Below, piece after piece: positions 30,881 to 39,993 of a stretch of 39,993 nt of DNA. The notes under the pieces were generated by a model that saw nothing but the letters and a program-made list of their open reading frames with translations, had not been told where the DNA came from and ran no database searches. The position numbers and the translations under genes are program-made. Every line of letters starts with the position of its first letter. Within the stretch, counting starts at the first letter, position 1. Source of the stretch: an uncultured Atribacterota bacterium (lineage in GTDB: Bacteria; Atribacterota; Phoenicimicrobiia; Phoenicimicrobiales; Phoenicimicrobiaceae); NCBI GenBank assembly GCA_964567215.1, contig CAZMLS010000005.1:1-39993 (forward strand), in the 5' to 3' direction.

Positions 30881-32005
30881 ATGCAAGAAAATAATTTATT
30901 ATTAACTCCTCTACATGAGGAGCATTTAAAGCTAAATGCCAGAATGATCCCTTTTGACGGTTTTGATATGCCGGTCCAATATAGTGGAATTATTGATGAG
31001 CATAATGCAGTGAGAGAAAAAGTCGGCATTTTTGACGTTTCTCATATGGGTGAAATTGAAATAAAAGGAGAAGATGCTCTAGCCTTTGCCAGTTACCTGG
31101 TTACTAATTCCCTTTCCAAAATGAAGAACGGCGATATTAAATATTCACCCTTATGTTACCCTCACGGCGGTCAAGTTGATGATCTCTTTGTATATAAGGT
31201 AAAAGATGATTTTATCTTATTGGTCGTCAATGCTTCACCGGAATTTTCCATTAAAGATTATGAATGGATTTTAAAAAATAAAGGACAATTTAAAGTGGAA
31301 GCTTCCAATAAAAGCCGGGAATACGGTGAAGTAGCCCTACAAGGTCCGGATGCCATAAAAATTTTAGACCCTCTTATAAAAGGAGAAATCCCTCTTAGCG
31401 AATTAAAAAGATTTAAATTTATCTTTGCAGAATTATTCGGGAAAAAGATTCTGATTTCCCGCACCGGTTATACAGGAGAAGACGGGTATGAAATTTATAC
31501 TTTAAAAGCTGAAGATGTTAAAGATATATGGAATGGATTACTAAAAGAGGGAGAGAAATGGGGAATTAAACCTTGCGGATTAGGGGCAAGGGATACCACC
31601 CGCTTCGAGGTCTGTTACTGGCTCTACGGTAATGACATCGATGAAACCGTTAACCCCCTGGAAAGCGGTCAAGGATGGGCGGTAAAATTCAGCAAGGATG
31701 ATTTTATCGGAAAAGATGCACTTCTCAAAATAAAAGAAAAAGGCATTACCCGAAAAATGATTGGACTTTCTATTTCTCATGGTGGAATTCCCAGAAGCAA
31801 AATGGAAATATGGAAAGATGATAAAAAGATTGGATATATTACTTCCGGCAATTATTGTCCTTCATTAAAAAGCGTAAATGCCCTGGCCATTCTCGATATC
31901 CCTTTTACCGAAAAAGGCACAAAGGTGGAAGTGATGATAAGAGACAGAAAAGTCATGGCAGAAGTGACAGATATTCCTTTTCTTCAACCGTTCAATAAGA
32001 GATAA
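30881..32005 (+). CDS. gcvT: Aminomethyltransferase (glycine cleavage T protein)
   Basis: FDVSHMGE, SRTGYTGEDGYEI, GLGARDTTRFE. Confidence 0.94.
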   Translation: MQENNLLLTPLHEEHLKLNARMIPFDGFDMPVQYSGIIDEHNAVREKVGIFDVSHMGEIEIKGEDALAFASYLVTNSLSKMKNGDIKYSPLCYPHGGQVDDLFVYKVKDDFILLVVNASPEFSIKDYEWILKNKGQFKVEASNKSREYGEVALQGPDAIKILDPLIKGEIPLSELKRFKFIFAELFGKKILISRTGYTGEDGYEIYTLKAEDVKDIWNGLLKEGEKWGIKPCGLGARDTTRFEVCYWLYGNDIDETVNPLESGQGWAVKFSKDDFIGKDALLKIKEKGITRKMIGLSISHGGIPRSKMEIWKDDKKIGYITSGNYCPSLKSVNALAILDIPFTEKGTKVEVMIRDRKVMAEVTDIPFLQPFNKR

Positions 32006-32007
32006 AT

Positions 32008-32042
32008 TAGTCGTTAGTGATTAGTGAATAGTCGTTAGTAAA
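32008..32042. repeat. Five tandem 7-mers TAGTSRW (tagtcgt tagtgat tagtgaa tagtcgt tagtaaa)
   Basis: Read directly. Same family and orientation as 9920-9954. Confidence 0.85.
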
Positions 32043-32074
32043 GAAAATACCAAGAATTAATAACAATATAATTT

Positions 32075-32110
32075 AATTGGCTAATTTACTAATTTACCAA
32101 TTAGCCAATT
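32075..32110. repeat. 12-bp perfect inverted repeat of CCAATT-family words (aattggctaatt ... aattagccaatt)
   Basis: Arms at 32075-32086 and 32099-32110, with the 12-nt loop tactaatttacc. Confidence 0.85.
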
Positions 32111-32307
32111 AAATAGTAAAAAAATGCAAATAAATTCATTAATTATTAGCTAATTATAAAAAAGGAGGTGGTCAATCATCAAATAGAATATTATTGATAA
32201 CGGGAGGTGAAGAAATACAAATAAAAATTATTTTTATTATCTTTTTATCTAACTTATTAAACGTATTTTAATTTGAAAAATATTTATAAATTGAAAGGAG
32301 ATTTATA

Positions 32308-33669
32308 ATGACCGCTATAATGGATTTCTTAACTATACTTGATAATTTTGTCTGGGGACCGCCTATGATGATAGTATTAGTAGGAACTGGAATATTCTTG
32401 ACTATCAGATTGGGTTTCCCGCAATTTAAACATACCAGTTACGCCTTGAAACTTATCTTTAAAGGTGCATTTAAAAAAGATAATTCCGCAAAAGAAGAAG
32501 GAGAAATTACTCCTTTCCAGGCACTTACCTCAACCCTGGCTGCTACAGTAGGAAATGGTAATATTGCCGGAGTAGCCACCGCGGTAGCTGCCGGTGGACC
32601 GGGAGCATTGGTATGGATGTGGTTAACTGCCCTATTTGGAATGGCTACTAAAATGGCTGAAGCAACTATGGGTGTTAAATACAGAATAAAAGATAAAGAC
32701 GGGGCTTTTGCCGGTGGTTCAATGTATTTTATTTCCAAAGGTCTTGGTCAAGGATGGTTGGGTTGGCTCTTTGCCTTTTTCGGTGCAATCGCTGCTTTTG
32801 GTATCGGAGATGCGGTTCAGACCAATTCTATGGCTCTTGTAGGGAATAGCGTATTTAACATACCATTGTGGTTAACTGGTGCTGTTTTAACTTTTTTAGT
32901 TTGGATAGTCGTAGTCGGTGGAATTAAGCGAATTGGTGAAGTTACTGAAAAATTAGTTCCCACCATGGCAATTTTCTATATTGTTGGCGCTCTGGTTATC
33001 ATCATTTCTAAAATTAATATGCTTCCCTGGGCACTTGGAGAAATATTTAAATCTGCTTTTTCCGGAAGAGCTGCCATTGGTGGATTTGCCGGAGCAACTG
33101 TAGCTCAAGCTATGAGATTTGGTGTAGCAAGAGGAATATTTTCTAACGAAGCCGGTTTAGGTAGTGCCAGCATGGCTCATGCCGTTGCCAAGACTCCTCA
33201 TCCGGCACGTCAGGGCACTATTGCAATGGTCGGAGTTATGATTGATACTTTAATTATCTGCTCTATGACCGGTATTGTCATTGTTATGACCGGATCTTTG
33301 GAAACCGGCTTTACCAGCACTCAACTTACCGCTCATGCCTTTGCTTCTGTGTTAGGGGGAGTAGGAGGACCGATTGTCGCTATTGGTTCTCTCTTATTTG
33401 GTTATTCTACCATTATTACCTGGTGTTACTATGGACAGCAATGTGCTCGTTACATTGCCGGGCCATCTGTAGTTAAACCTTATGCCTGGCTTTTTGTTAT
33501 AGTTGCCTTTCTTGGTTCTATAGCAAAAGTTCCTCTTATCTGGCTGCTTACTGATATGCTTAATGGTGCAATGGCTATTCCTAACTTAATAGGATTACTC
33601 TTCTTAAGTGGAGTCATGGCACAGGAACTTAAAGATTATTTCTCTAACCCGGAACTTTTAAACAAATAA
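32308..33669 (+). CDS. Alanine or glycine:cation symporter (AGCS family)
   Basis: About 11 TM helices. FQALTSTLAATVGNGNIAGVATAVAAGGPGALVWMW is characteristic of AGCS proteins. AAGGAG 7 nt upstream. Confidence 0.88.
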   Translation: MTAIMDFLTILDNFVWGPPMMIVLVGTGIFLTIRLGFPQFKHTSYALKLIFKGAFKKDNSAKEEGEITPFQALTSTLAATVGNGNIAGVATAVAAGGPGALVWMWLTALFGMATKMAEATMGVKYRIKDKDGAFAGGSMYFISKGLGQGWLGWLFAFFGAIAAFGIGDAVQTNSMALVGNSVFNIPLWLTGAVLTFLVWIVVVGGIKRIGEVTEKLVPTMAIFYIVGALVIIISKINMLPWALGEIFKSAFSGRAAIGGFAGATVAQAMRFGVARGIFSNEAGLGSASMAHAVAKTPHPARQGTIAMVGVMIDTLIICSMTGIVIVMTGSLETGFTSTQLTAHAFASVLGGVGGPIVAIGSLLFGYSTIITWCYYGQQCARYIAGPSVVKPYAWLFVIVAFLGSIAKVPLIWLLTDMLNGAMAIPNLIGLLFLSGVMAQELKDYFSNPELLNK

Positions 33670-33676
33670 ATTAAAC

Positions 33677-33714
33677 GAATGACACTTTGGTTTTTTTAAA
33701 CCAGAGTGTCATTC
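33677..33714 (+). other. 17-bp-arm hairpin between the symporter gene and ald (possible attenuator, processing site or weak terminator)
   Basis: gaatgacactttggttt / tttt / aaaccagagtgtcattc with one G-U. No immediate U-tract on the plus strand. Confidence 0.6.
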
Positions 33715-33757
33715 CCTATGTATGTAGTTTTTTAAAATTTAAGGAGGAAAATATTCC

Positions 33758-34876
33758 ATGATCATTGGAGTACCAAAAGAAATTAAAAATAATGAAAACA
33801 GGGTTGCAATGACCCCCGCTGGAGCCTATGCATTTTGTCAATCCGGCCATGAAGTAATCATTGAAAAGTCTGCCGGTATAGGAAGCGGATTTGAAGATAG
33901 AGAGTATGTTGAAGCAGGTGCTTCAATTATTGATACGCCCGAAGATGTTTTTGATAAAGCAGATATGATTATGAAAGTAAAAGAACCTATGCCGGTTGAA
34001 TACGGCCGAATAAAACCTCATCAGATTCTTTTCACCTATTTTCATTTTGCCTCTGGCCTGGAATTAACCAAGGCCATGATGAAGAACAATGCTATCTGTA
34101 TTACCTACGAAACCGTTCAGACTGCAGAGGGCGCTCTTCCCCTGCTAGCTCCCATGAGCGAAGTTGCCGGGAAAATGTCTGCTCACGTTGCTGCTTATTA
34201 CCTGGCATTACCTTATGGTGGAACAGGTGTTTTAATGGGTGGAGTTACTGGTGTAAAACCTGCTAAGGTTGTGGTTCTTGGTGGTGGAACCGTTGGTACA
34301 TGTGCTGCAAAAGTGGCAGCAGGTATTGGTGCAAGAGTCACCTTATTTGATATTAATATTAACAGGTTAAGATATCTGGATGATGTATTACCTAAAAATG
34401 TTACACTTCTTTATTCCAGTCAACATAGCATAGAAGAAGAAATAAAAGATGCTGATGCAGTCATTGGTGCTGTATTGATTCCGGGTGCTGCGGCTCCTAA
34501 ATTAGTAACTGAAGAGATGGTAAAGAAAATGAAACCAAATTCAGTCATGGTGGATGTTGCCATAGACCAGGGTGGTTGTTTTGAAACCAGTAAGGGAACT
34601 TCCCATAGTGATCCGGTATATAAACTACATGGCGTTCTCCATTATTGCGTCACTAATATGCCGGGTGCCTTTGCCAGAACATCTACTTTTGCCTTAACCA
34701 ATGCTACTCTCCCCTACGCTTTAAAACTTGCCAATCTTGGTTATAAAGAAGCTTTAAAGAAGGATAATGCCCTCGCAAAAGGTTTAAATATCATAAATGG
34801 AAAAATTACCTATGCACCCGTAGCAAAAGCATTTGGTTTGGAATGCTATTCAATGGAAGAAGCTATGGAAGAATAA
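33758..34876 (+). CDS. ald: Alanine dehydrogenase
   Basis: MIIGVPKEIKNNENRVA N-terminus, NAD-binding VLGGGTVG, HYCVTNMPG. Confidence 0.94.
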   Translation: MIIGVPKEIKNNENRVAMTPAGAYAFCQSGHEVIIEKSAGIGSGFEDREYVEAGASIIDTPEDVFDKADMIMKVKEPMPVEYGRIKPHQILFTYFHFASGLELTKAMMKNNAICITYETVQTAEGALPLLAPMSEVAGKMSAHVAAYYLALPYGGTGVLMGGVTGVKPAKVVVLGGGTVGTCAAKVAAGIGARVTLFDININRLRYLDDVLPKNVTLLYSSQHSIEEEIKDADAVIGAVLIPGAAAPKLVTEEMVKKMKPNSVMVDVAIDQGGCFETSKGTSHSDPVYKLHGVLHYCVTNMPGAFARTSTFALTNATLPYALKLANLGYKEALKKDNALAKGLNIINGKITYAPVAKAFGLECYSMEEAMEE

Positions 34877-34902
34877 ATCATCTATTTTTAGATGTGCTTG
34901 TG

Positions 34903-34948
34903 AAAAAAAAAGCCTCAATGTTTCTAAATTACATTGAGGCTTTTTTTA
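34903..34948. terminator. Bidirectional intrinsic terminator between convergent ald and groEL
   Basis: A8-agcctcaatgt / ttctaaatt / acattgaggct-T7: a perfect 11-bp stem. Confidence 0.88.
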
Positions 34949-34977
34949 TTTTAAATGATCTTATTGTAAACTATTTT

Positions 34978-36624
<1,647 letters not shown>

Positions 36625-36693
36625 CTATTATCGTTCGATTTATTTTAATAAATTTATTTTTATGTTTTTTTTAGGGTTAAACAACTATTGATA

Positions 36694-36999
36694 TTAACCT
36701 TCAATAATTGCTAAAATATCTTTTTCGCTGATTAAGAGATAATCTTCATCAGCATCGTCTTTAATATCTGTTCCTGAATATTTTGCATAAACAACTTTAT
36801 CGCCCTTTTTTAAAGTCATAGTAACAAATTTTCCTTCTTTGTCATTACCGCCCGGGCCTACTGCCAATACCTCTCCAACCTGCGGTTTTTCTTTCGAAAT
36901 AGTATCCGGTAAAAGAATTCCTCCCTTACTTTTTTCTTCTTCATGTACAGGTTTTACCAGTACGCGATCTCCTAATGGTTTTAATCCTGCAATTTTCAT
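36694..36999 (-). CDS. groS: Co-chaperonin GroES
   Basis: LKPLGDRVLVK and the mobile loop EEKSKGGILLPD. About 100 aa, directly upstream of groEL. Confidence 0.96.
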   Translation of the reverse strand: MKIAGLKPLGDRVLVKPVHEEEKSKGGILLPDTISKEKPQVGEVLAVGPGGNDKEGKFVTMTLKKGDKVVYAKYSGTDIKDDADEDYLLISEKDILAIIEG

Positions 37000-37041
37000 G
37001 TTTAACAGCCTCCTTGAATATTTTAATATTTTTTAAACTAA

Positions 37042-37068
37042 TTAGCACTCTTAGCATGAGAGTGCTAA
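37042..37068. promoter_or_regulatory. CIRCE operator (HrcA binding site)
   Basis: TTAGCACTC-ttagcatga-GAGTGCTAA is an exact match to the TTAGCACTC-N9-GAGTGCTAA consensus. It lies 43 nt upstream of the groES ATG. Confidence 0.95.
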
Positions 37069-37081
37069 AATTACCTTATAT

Positions 37082-37110
37082 ATCTTATATAAACTTCTTT
37101 AGAAAAGCAA
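37082..37110 (-). promoter_or_regulatory. Putative sigma-A promoter of groES-groEL (TTGCTT-17 nt-TAAGAT)
   Basis: On the minus strand, -35 is at 37110-37105 and -10 at 37087-37082. CIRCE begins about 13 nt downstream of the -10, the usual arrangement. Confidence 0.55.
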
Positions 37111-37194
37111 ACCTTATCATACTCGTTTTTAGGCGATTATTTAACTCTATCCTTTATTATTAATGATAATACTTCATTTCTCTACCAATTACTA

Positions 37195-38211
37195 CTATTT
37201 CATCGTTAATGGTAGGCGTGATACGGCATCTAAATTTAATGATGATATTTTATTATTTCTTAGTTTATAATAACCGGCAGATGCTACCATCACCGCGTTG
37301 TCAGTGCAAAGTTGAGGTGAAGGGTAAAAAACTTCAATATCATACATTTTTGCTCTTTTCTTTATATTTTTTCTTAAATAAAGATTTGCTGCTACTCCCC
37401 CAGCCAATGCAATCTTATTAACCTTTAATTTTAAAGCTGCTTTTAAAGTTTTTTCAGTCAATACGTCAACAACAGCTTGCTGAAAAGAAGCTAATATATC
37501 ATATTTCGGAATTTCTTTGTTTTCCTCTTTTAATTTATTTACATAATATATAACCGCAGTTTTAAGACCACTAAAACTAAAGTCAAAATTTTTTTTATTT
37601 AAAAGGGGTCGGGGAAAATTTATAGCTGAAGGATTCCCGTTACCAGATAATTTTTCAATAACAGGTCCTCCGGGATAACCCAAATTTAAATATTTTGAAA
37701 TTTTATCAAATACCTCTCCCGCTGCATCGTCTTTGGTTTGACCCAAAATATTATAATCCCAATAATCATTTATGTGCACCAAAGAAGTATGCCCTCCGGA
37801 AACAATAAGACAAATAATTGGAGGTTTAAGCTCTCTATGTTCTAAAAAATTAGAATATATATGGGCTTCCAAATGATTTATTCCTATAAGAGGAATTTTC
37901 CTGACAAAGGCAATTGACTTTGCTACAGTTAGCCCAACCAGCAATGAACCGATTAACCCTGGTCCATAGGTAACGGCTATGCCGGAAAGTTGATCTAGCT
38001 TTACTCCTGATTCATTTAAAGCTTGATCAATCACCGGAATAATATATTCCATATGCTTTCTCGAAGCAATTTCCGGAACAACTCCTCCATATTTATTATG
38101 TATTTTAATTTGAGATGAAACAATATTTGATATAATTTTTCTACCTTTTTCTACAATAGCTGCAGCTGTTTCATCGCAGGAAGTTTCAATTCCCATTATT
38201 AATTCAGACAT
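37195..38211 (-). CDS. tsaD: tRNA N6-adenosine threonylcarbamoyltransferase
   Basis: GIETSCDETAAAI, NHLEAHI, LIVSGGHT, GVAAN. Confidence 0.95.
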   Translation of the reverse strand: MSELIMGIETSCDETAAAIVEKGRKIISNIVSSQIKIHNKYGGVVPEIASRKHMEYIIPVIDQALNESGVKLDQLSGIAVTYGPGLIGSLLVGLTVAKSIAFVRKIPLIGINHLEAHIYSNFLEHRELKPPIICLIVSGGHTSLVHINDYWDYNILGQTKDDAAGEVFDKISKYLNLGYPGGPVIEKLSGNGNPSAINFPRPLLNKKNFDFSFSGLKTAVIYYVNKLKEENKEIPKYDILASFQQAVVDVLTEKTLKAALKLKVNKIALAGGVAANLYLRKNIKKRAKMYDIEVFYPSPQLCTDNAVMVASAGYYKLRNNKISSLNLDAVSRLPLTMK

Positions 38212-38295
38212 ACATTTTTTCCTTTCAATAAAATTAAATATAGCATATATTGCTTTGTATATATTAATAGTATAAATTATAAAAGCTAAAAACGT

Positions 38296-38335
38296 AAAGC
38301 GAAAAACTCAAAATCATAATTTAAAATTTAAAATT
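38296..38335 (+). repeat. Copy of the dispersed A-rich element (aaagcgaaaaactcaaaatcataatttaaaatttaaaat)
   Basis: See 25011-25049. The blocks aaagcgaaaaac and ataatttaaaattNaaaat are shared. Confidence 0.7.
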
Positions 38336-38509
38336 AAGTAGAAAATATTATTCTCGTTTTATTATATCTTATTAGTTGTTTGCCCCATGTATCCCATGCT
38401 TTGCATCTTATAAATTATTTTCTTTTTCTCTATCTTTTTTTTAACTTATATATTACATACCAATAGACAGGCGAGACGCCTTTCCTGCGGGGTTGGTGAT
38501 TTCTATACG

Positions 38510-39217
38510 TTAAACGCTTTTATTCTTTTTTTCCCATATAATTTCTGCTTCAGATTTTCTCATGTAAAATGGAGATATGGAATAAATATTTTCTACTTTT
38601 CCTTTTTTAATTTTTTCCAAGCCTATGAGAGCCACATTGGATGCTTTTAAAATTGAAAGTGTCGGATGTATAAATATTGCCCGAGAACCCATTGTGTCTT
38701 TTATCCTGCTTTGGTACTTTAACGTTCCTTCCCCCAGGAAAATAATATTTTCTTGAACATTCTCTATCCTGCTTAATAATTTTTCTATGGATTCACATTG
38801 ATAATCAATCATTTTAGATAATTGATCTCCTCCCCGATATAGCGCGAAATACACCTCTCCTTTCCTTGCATCCAAAACGGGACATATAATAGCAGGTATT
38901 TTCGCTACATTACAAACCAGGACATCTAGTGTGATAACACCCGCTACAGGAATAGATGCGGCATAAGATAATCCTTTGGCAACACCTAAACCAACGCGAA
39001 GCCCGGTAAAAGAGCCTGGTCCAATAGTAATTGCAATTCCATTAATATCCTGTATTCCCATATTAATATTCGTTAACATTTCTTCAATTGCAGGAAGCAA
39101 AATAGAAGAATGTTTTTTTATTAAACCATTAATAATGTATTCAATCATGATATCTTCATCTTCTATTATACTTAAGTTACAATATCTGGAAGATGTATCA
39201 ATTCCCAATATTTTCAT
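38510..39217 (-). CDS. tsaB: tRNA threonylcarbamoyladenosine biosynthesis protein TsaB
   Basis: MKILGIDTSS, GPGSFTGLRVG. 4-nt overlap with tsaE. Confidence 0.9.
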   Translation of the reverse strand: MKILGIDTSSRYCNLSIIEDEDIMIEYIINGLIKKHSSILLPAIEEMLTNINMGIQDINGIAITIGPGSFTGLRVGLGVAKGLSYAASIPVAGVITLDVLVCNVAKIPAIICPVLDARKGEVYFALYRGGDQLSKMIDYQCESIEKLLSRIENVQENIIFLGEGTLKYQSRIKDTMGSRAIFIHPTLSILKASNVALIGLEKIKKGKVENIYSISPFYMRKSEAEIIWEKKNKSV

Positions 39218-39675
39218 CTTTTTTTTAACTCCTTTATTAGCTCAACAAATCGAGAACCTTTTGAAATAAAACGAATTTTTCTTTCCTTGAAATCAATGAA
39301 AGTAATGACAATTTTTAAATAATCTCCTGGAATAAATTCCTCTATTTTTTCTGCCCATTCAACAATGGTAAGGCCTTTTCCATAAAAATATTCCTCATAC
39401 CCTAAATTAATTATTTCATCATAATTTTTCAAACGAAAAAGGTCAAAATGATAAATGGGCATTTCGCCCTGATATTCATTAATTATAGTAAAAGAAGGAC
39501 TGTTTACGTAACCTTTTACTTTCAATTCTTCAGCTATTCCCTGGGTAAGACAAGTTTTTCCGGCTCCTAATTCACCAAAAAATAATATAATATCTCCAGG
39601 TTTAATTAATTTTGCAACTTTCTTCCCTATTTTTTTTGTCTCTTCAGGATTTTTAGTAATGATAGTTAAATTCAT
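39214..39675 (-). CDS. tsaE: tRNA threonylcarbamoyladenosine biosynthesis ATPase TsaE
   Basis: P-loop GELGAGKT, SPSFTIINEY, HFDLFRL. Confidence 0.9.
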   Translation of the reverse strand: MNLTIITKNPEETKKIGKKVAKLIKPGDIILFFGELGAGKTCLTQGIAEELKVKGYVNSPSFTIINEYQGEMPIYHFDLFRLKNYDEIINLGYEEYFYGKGLTIVEWAEKIEEFIPGDYLKIVITFIDFKERKIRFISKGSRFVELIKELKKR

Positions 39676-39697
39676 TTTAAATTATTCACCGATTTTT

Positions 39698-39993
39698 CAA
39701 TTAGCCAATTTACCAATTTACCGATTGACCCATTAAATTAGTATCAAGTATTGAGTATATAGTATCGAGTTAAGATAATTCAAAGAAAGAAATAAGATAA
39801 TTCAATTTACCAATTTACCAATTTACCAATTCGCCGATTGACCGATTAAATTAGTATCAAGTATTGAGTATATAGTATCGAGTTAAGATAATTCAAAGAA
39901 AGAAATAAGATAATTCAATTTACCAATTTACCAATTTACCAATTCGCCGATTGACCGATTAAATTAGTATCAAGTATTGAGTATATAGTATCG
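39698..39993. repeat. Tandem array of a 113-bp unit: a partial leading copy, two identical full copies (39732-39844 and 39845-39957) and a partial copy cut by the window edge
   Basis: attaaattagtatcaag recurs at 39732, 39845 and 39958, a period of 113. The two full copies read identically base for base. The unit holds a GATAC-heptamer segment, a taagataattcaa x2 segment and (CAATTNRC)5. Confidence 0.92.

Noticed and set aside
32164-32210. Two strong SD-like GGAGGTG words in the symporter leader as markers of small leader ORFs
   Set aside because: No ATG, GTG or TTG lies at a workable distance with an open frame of meaningful length (the GTG is part of the SD itself and is followed by a 9-codon frame). 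There is not enough evidence to call a leader peptide.
39698-39993. Possible CRISPR array (regular direct repeats), also considered for 23356-23435
   Set aside because: The 113-bp units are contiguous and identical, with no unique spacers. The other arrays have 7-8-bp periods. No cas genes are present in the window.

Overview
The window is a visibly AT-rich bacterial chromosomal segment. No taxon can be assigned without a database search. It carries 30 confident protein genes, almost all core housekeeping:
- hflKC
- ligA-gatC / gatAB
- pcrA
- two aminotransferases
- murI
- an ABC exporter
- guaA-purA-purB
- a glycine-cleavage operon gcvH-PA-PB-T behind a tandem glycine riboswitch
- an alanine/glycine:cation symporter plus alanine dehydrogenase
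- groES-groEL with a perfect CIRCE operator
- tsaE-tsaB / tsaD

No rRNA, tRNA, CRISPR array, transposase or integrase was seen.

Four things are not ordinary:
1. Almost every long intergenic spacer is built from a shared set of degenerate 7-8 bp tandem modules and a ~40-55 bp dispersed element. These occur in both orientations, often as inverted arrays. They split operons that are normally contiguous, such as gatC|gatA and purA|purB. They end in perfectly identical 113-bp tandem copies running off the 3' edge of the window, with an inverted partial copy at the 5' edge.
2. A translationally coupled gene pair encodes a LOG/TIGR00725-like protein and a three-domain fusion of RNase HI-like, SWIM zinc finger and a complete D-2-hydroxyacid dehydrogenase. 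An unrecognisable 242-aa protein is encoded divergently next to it.
3. ilvE appears to need a non-ATG/GTG/TTG (ATA) start codon.
4. An intrinsic-terminator-like hairpin lies in the opposite orientation to all neighbouring genes.

All functional calls come from motif recognition by eye. No searches were run.
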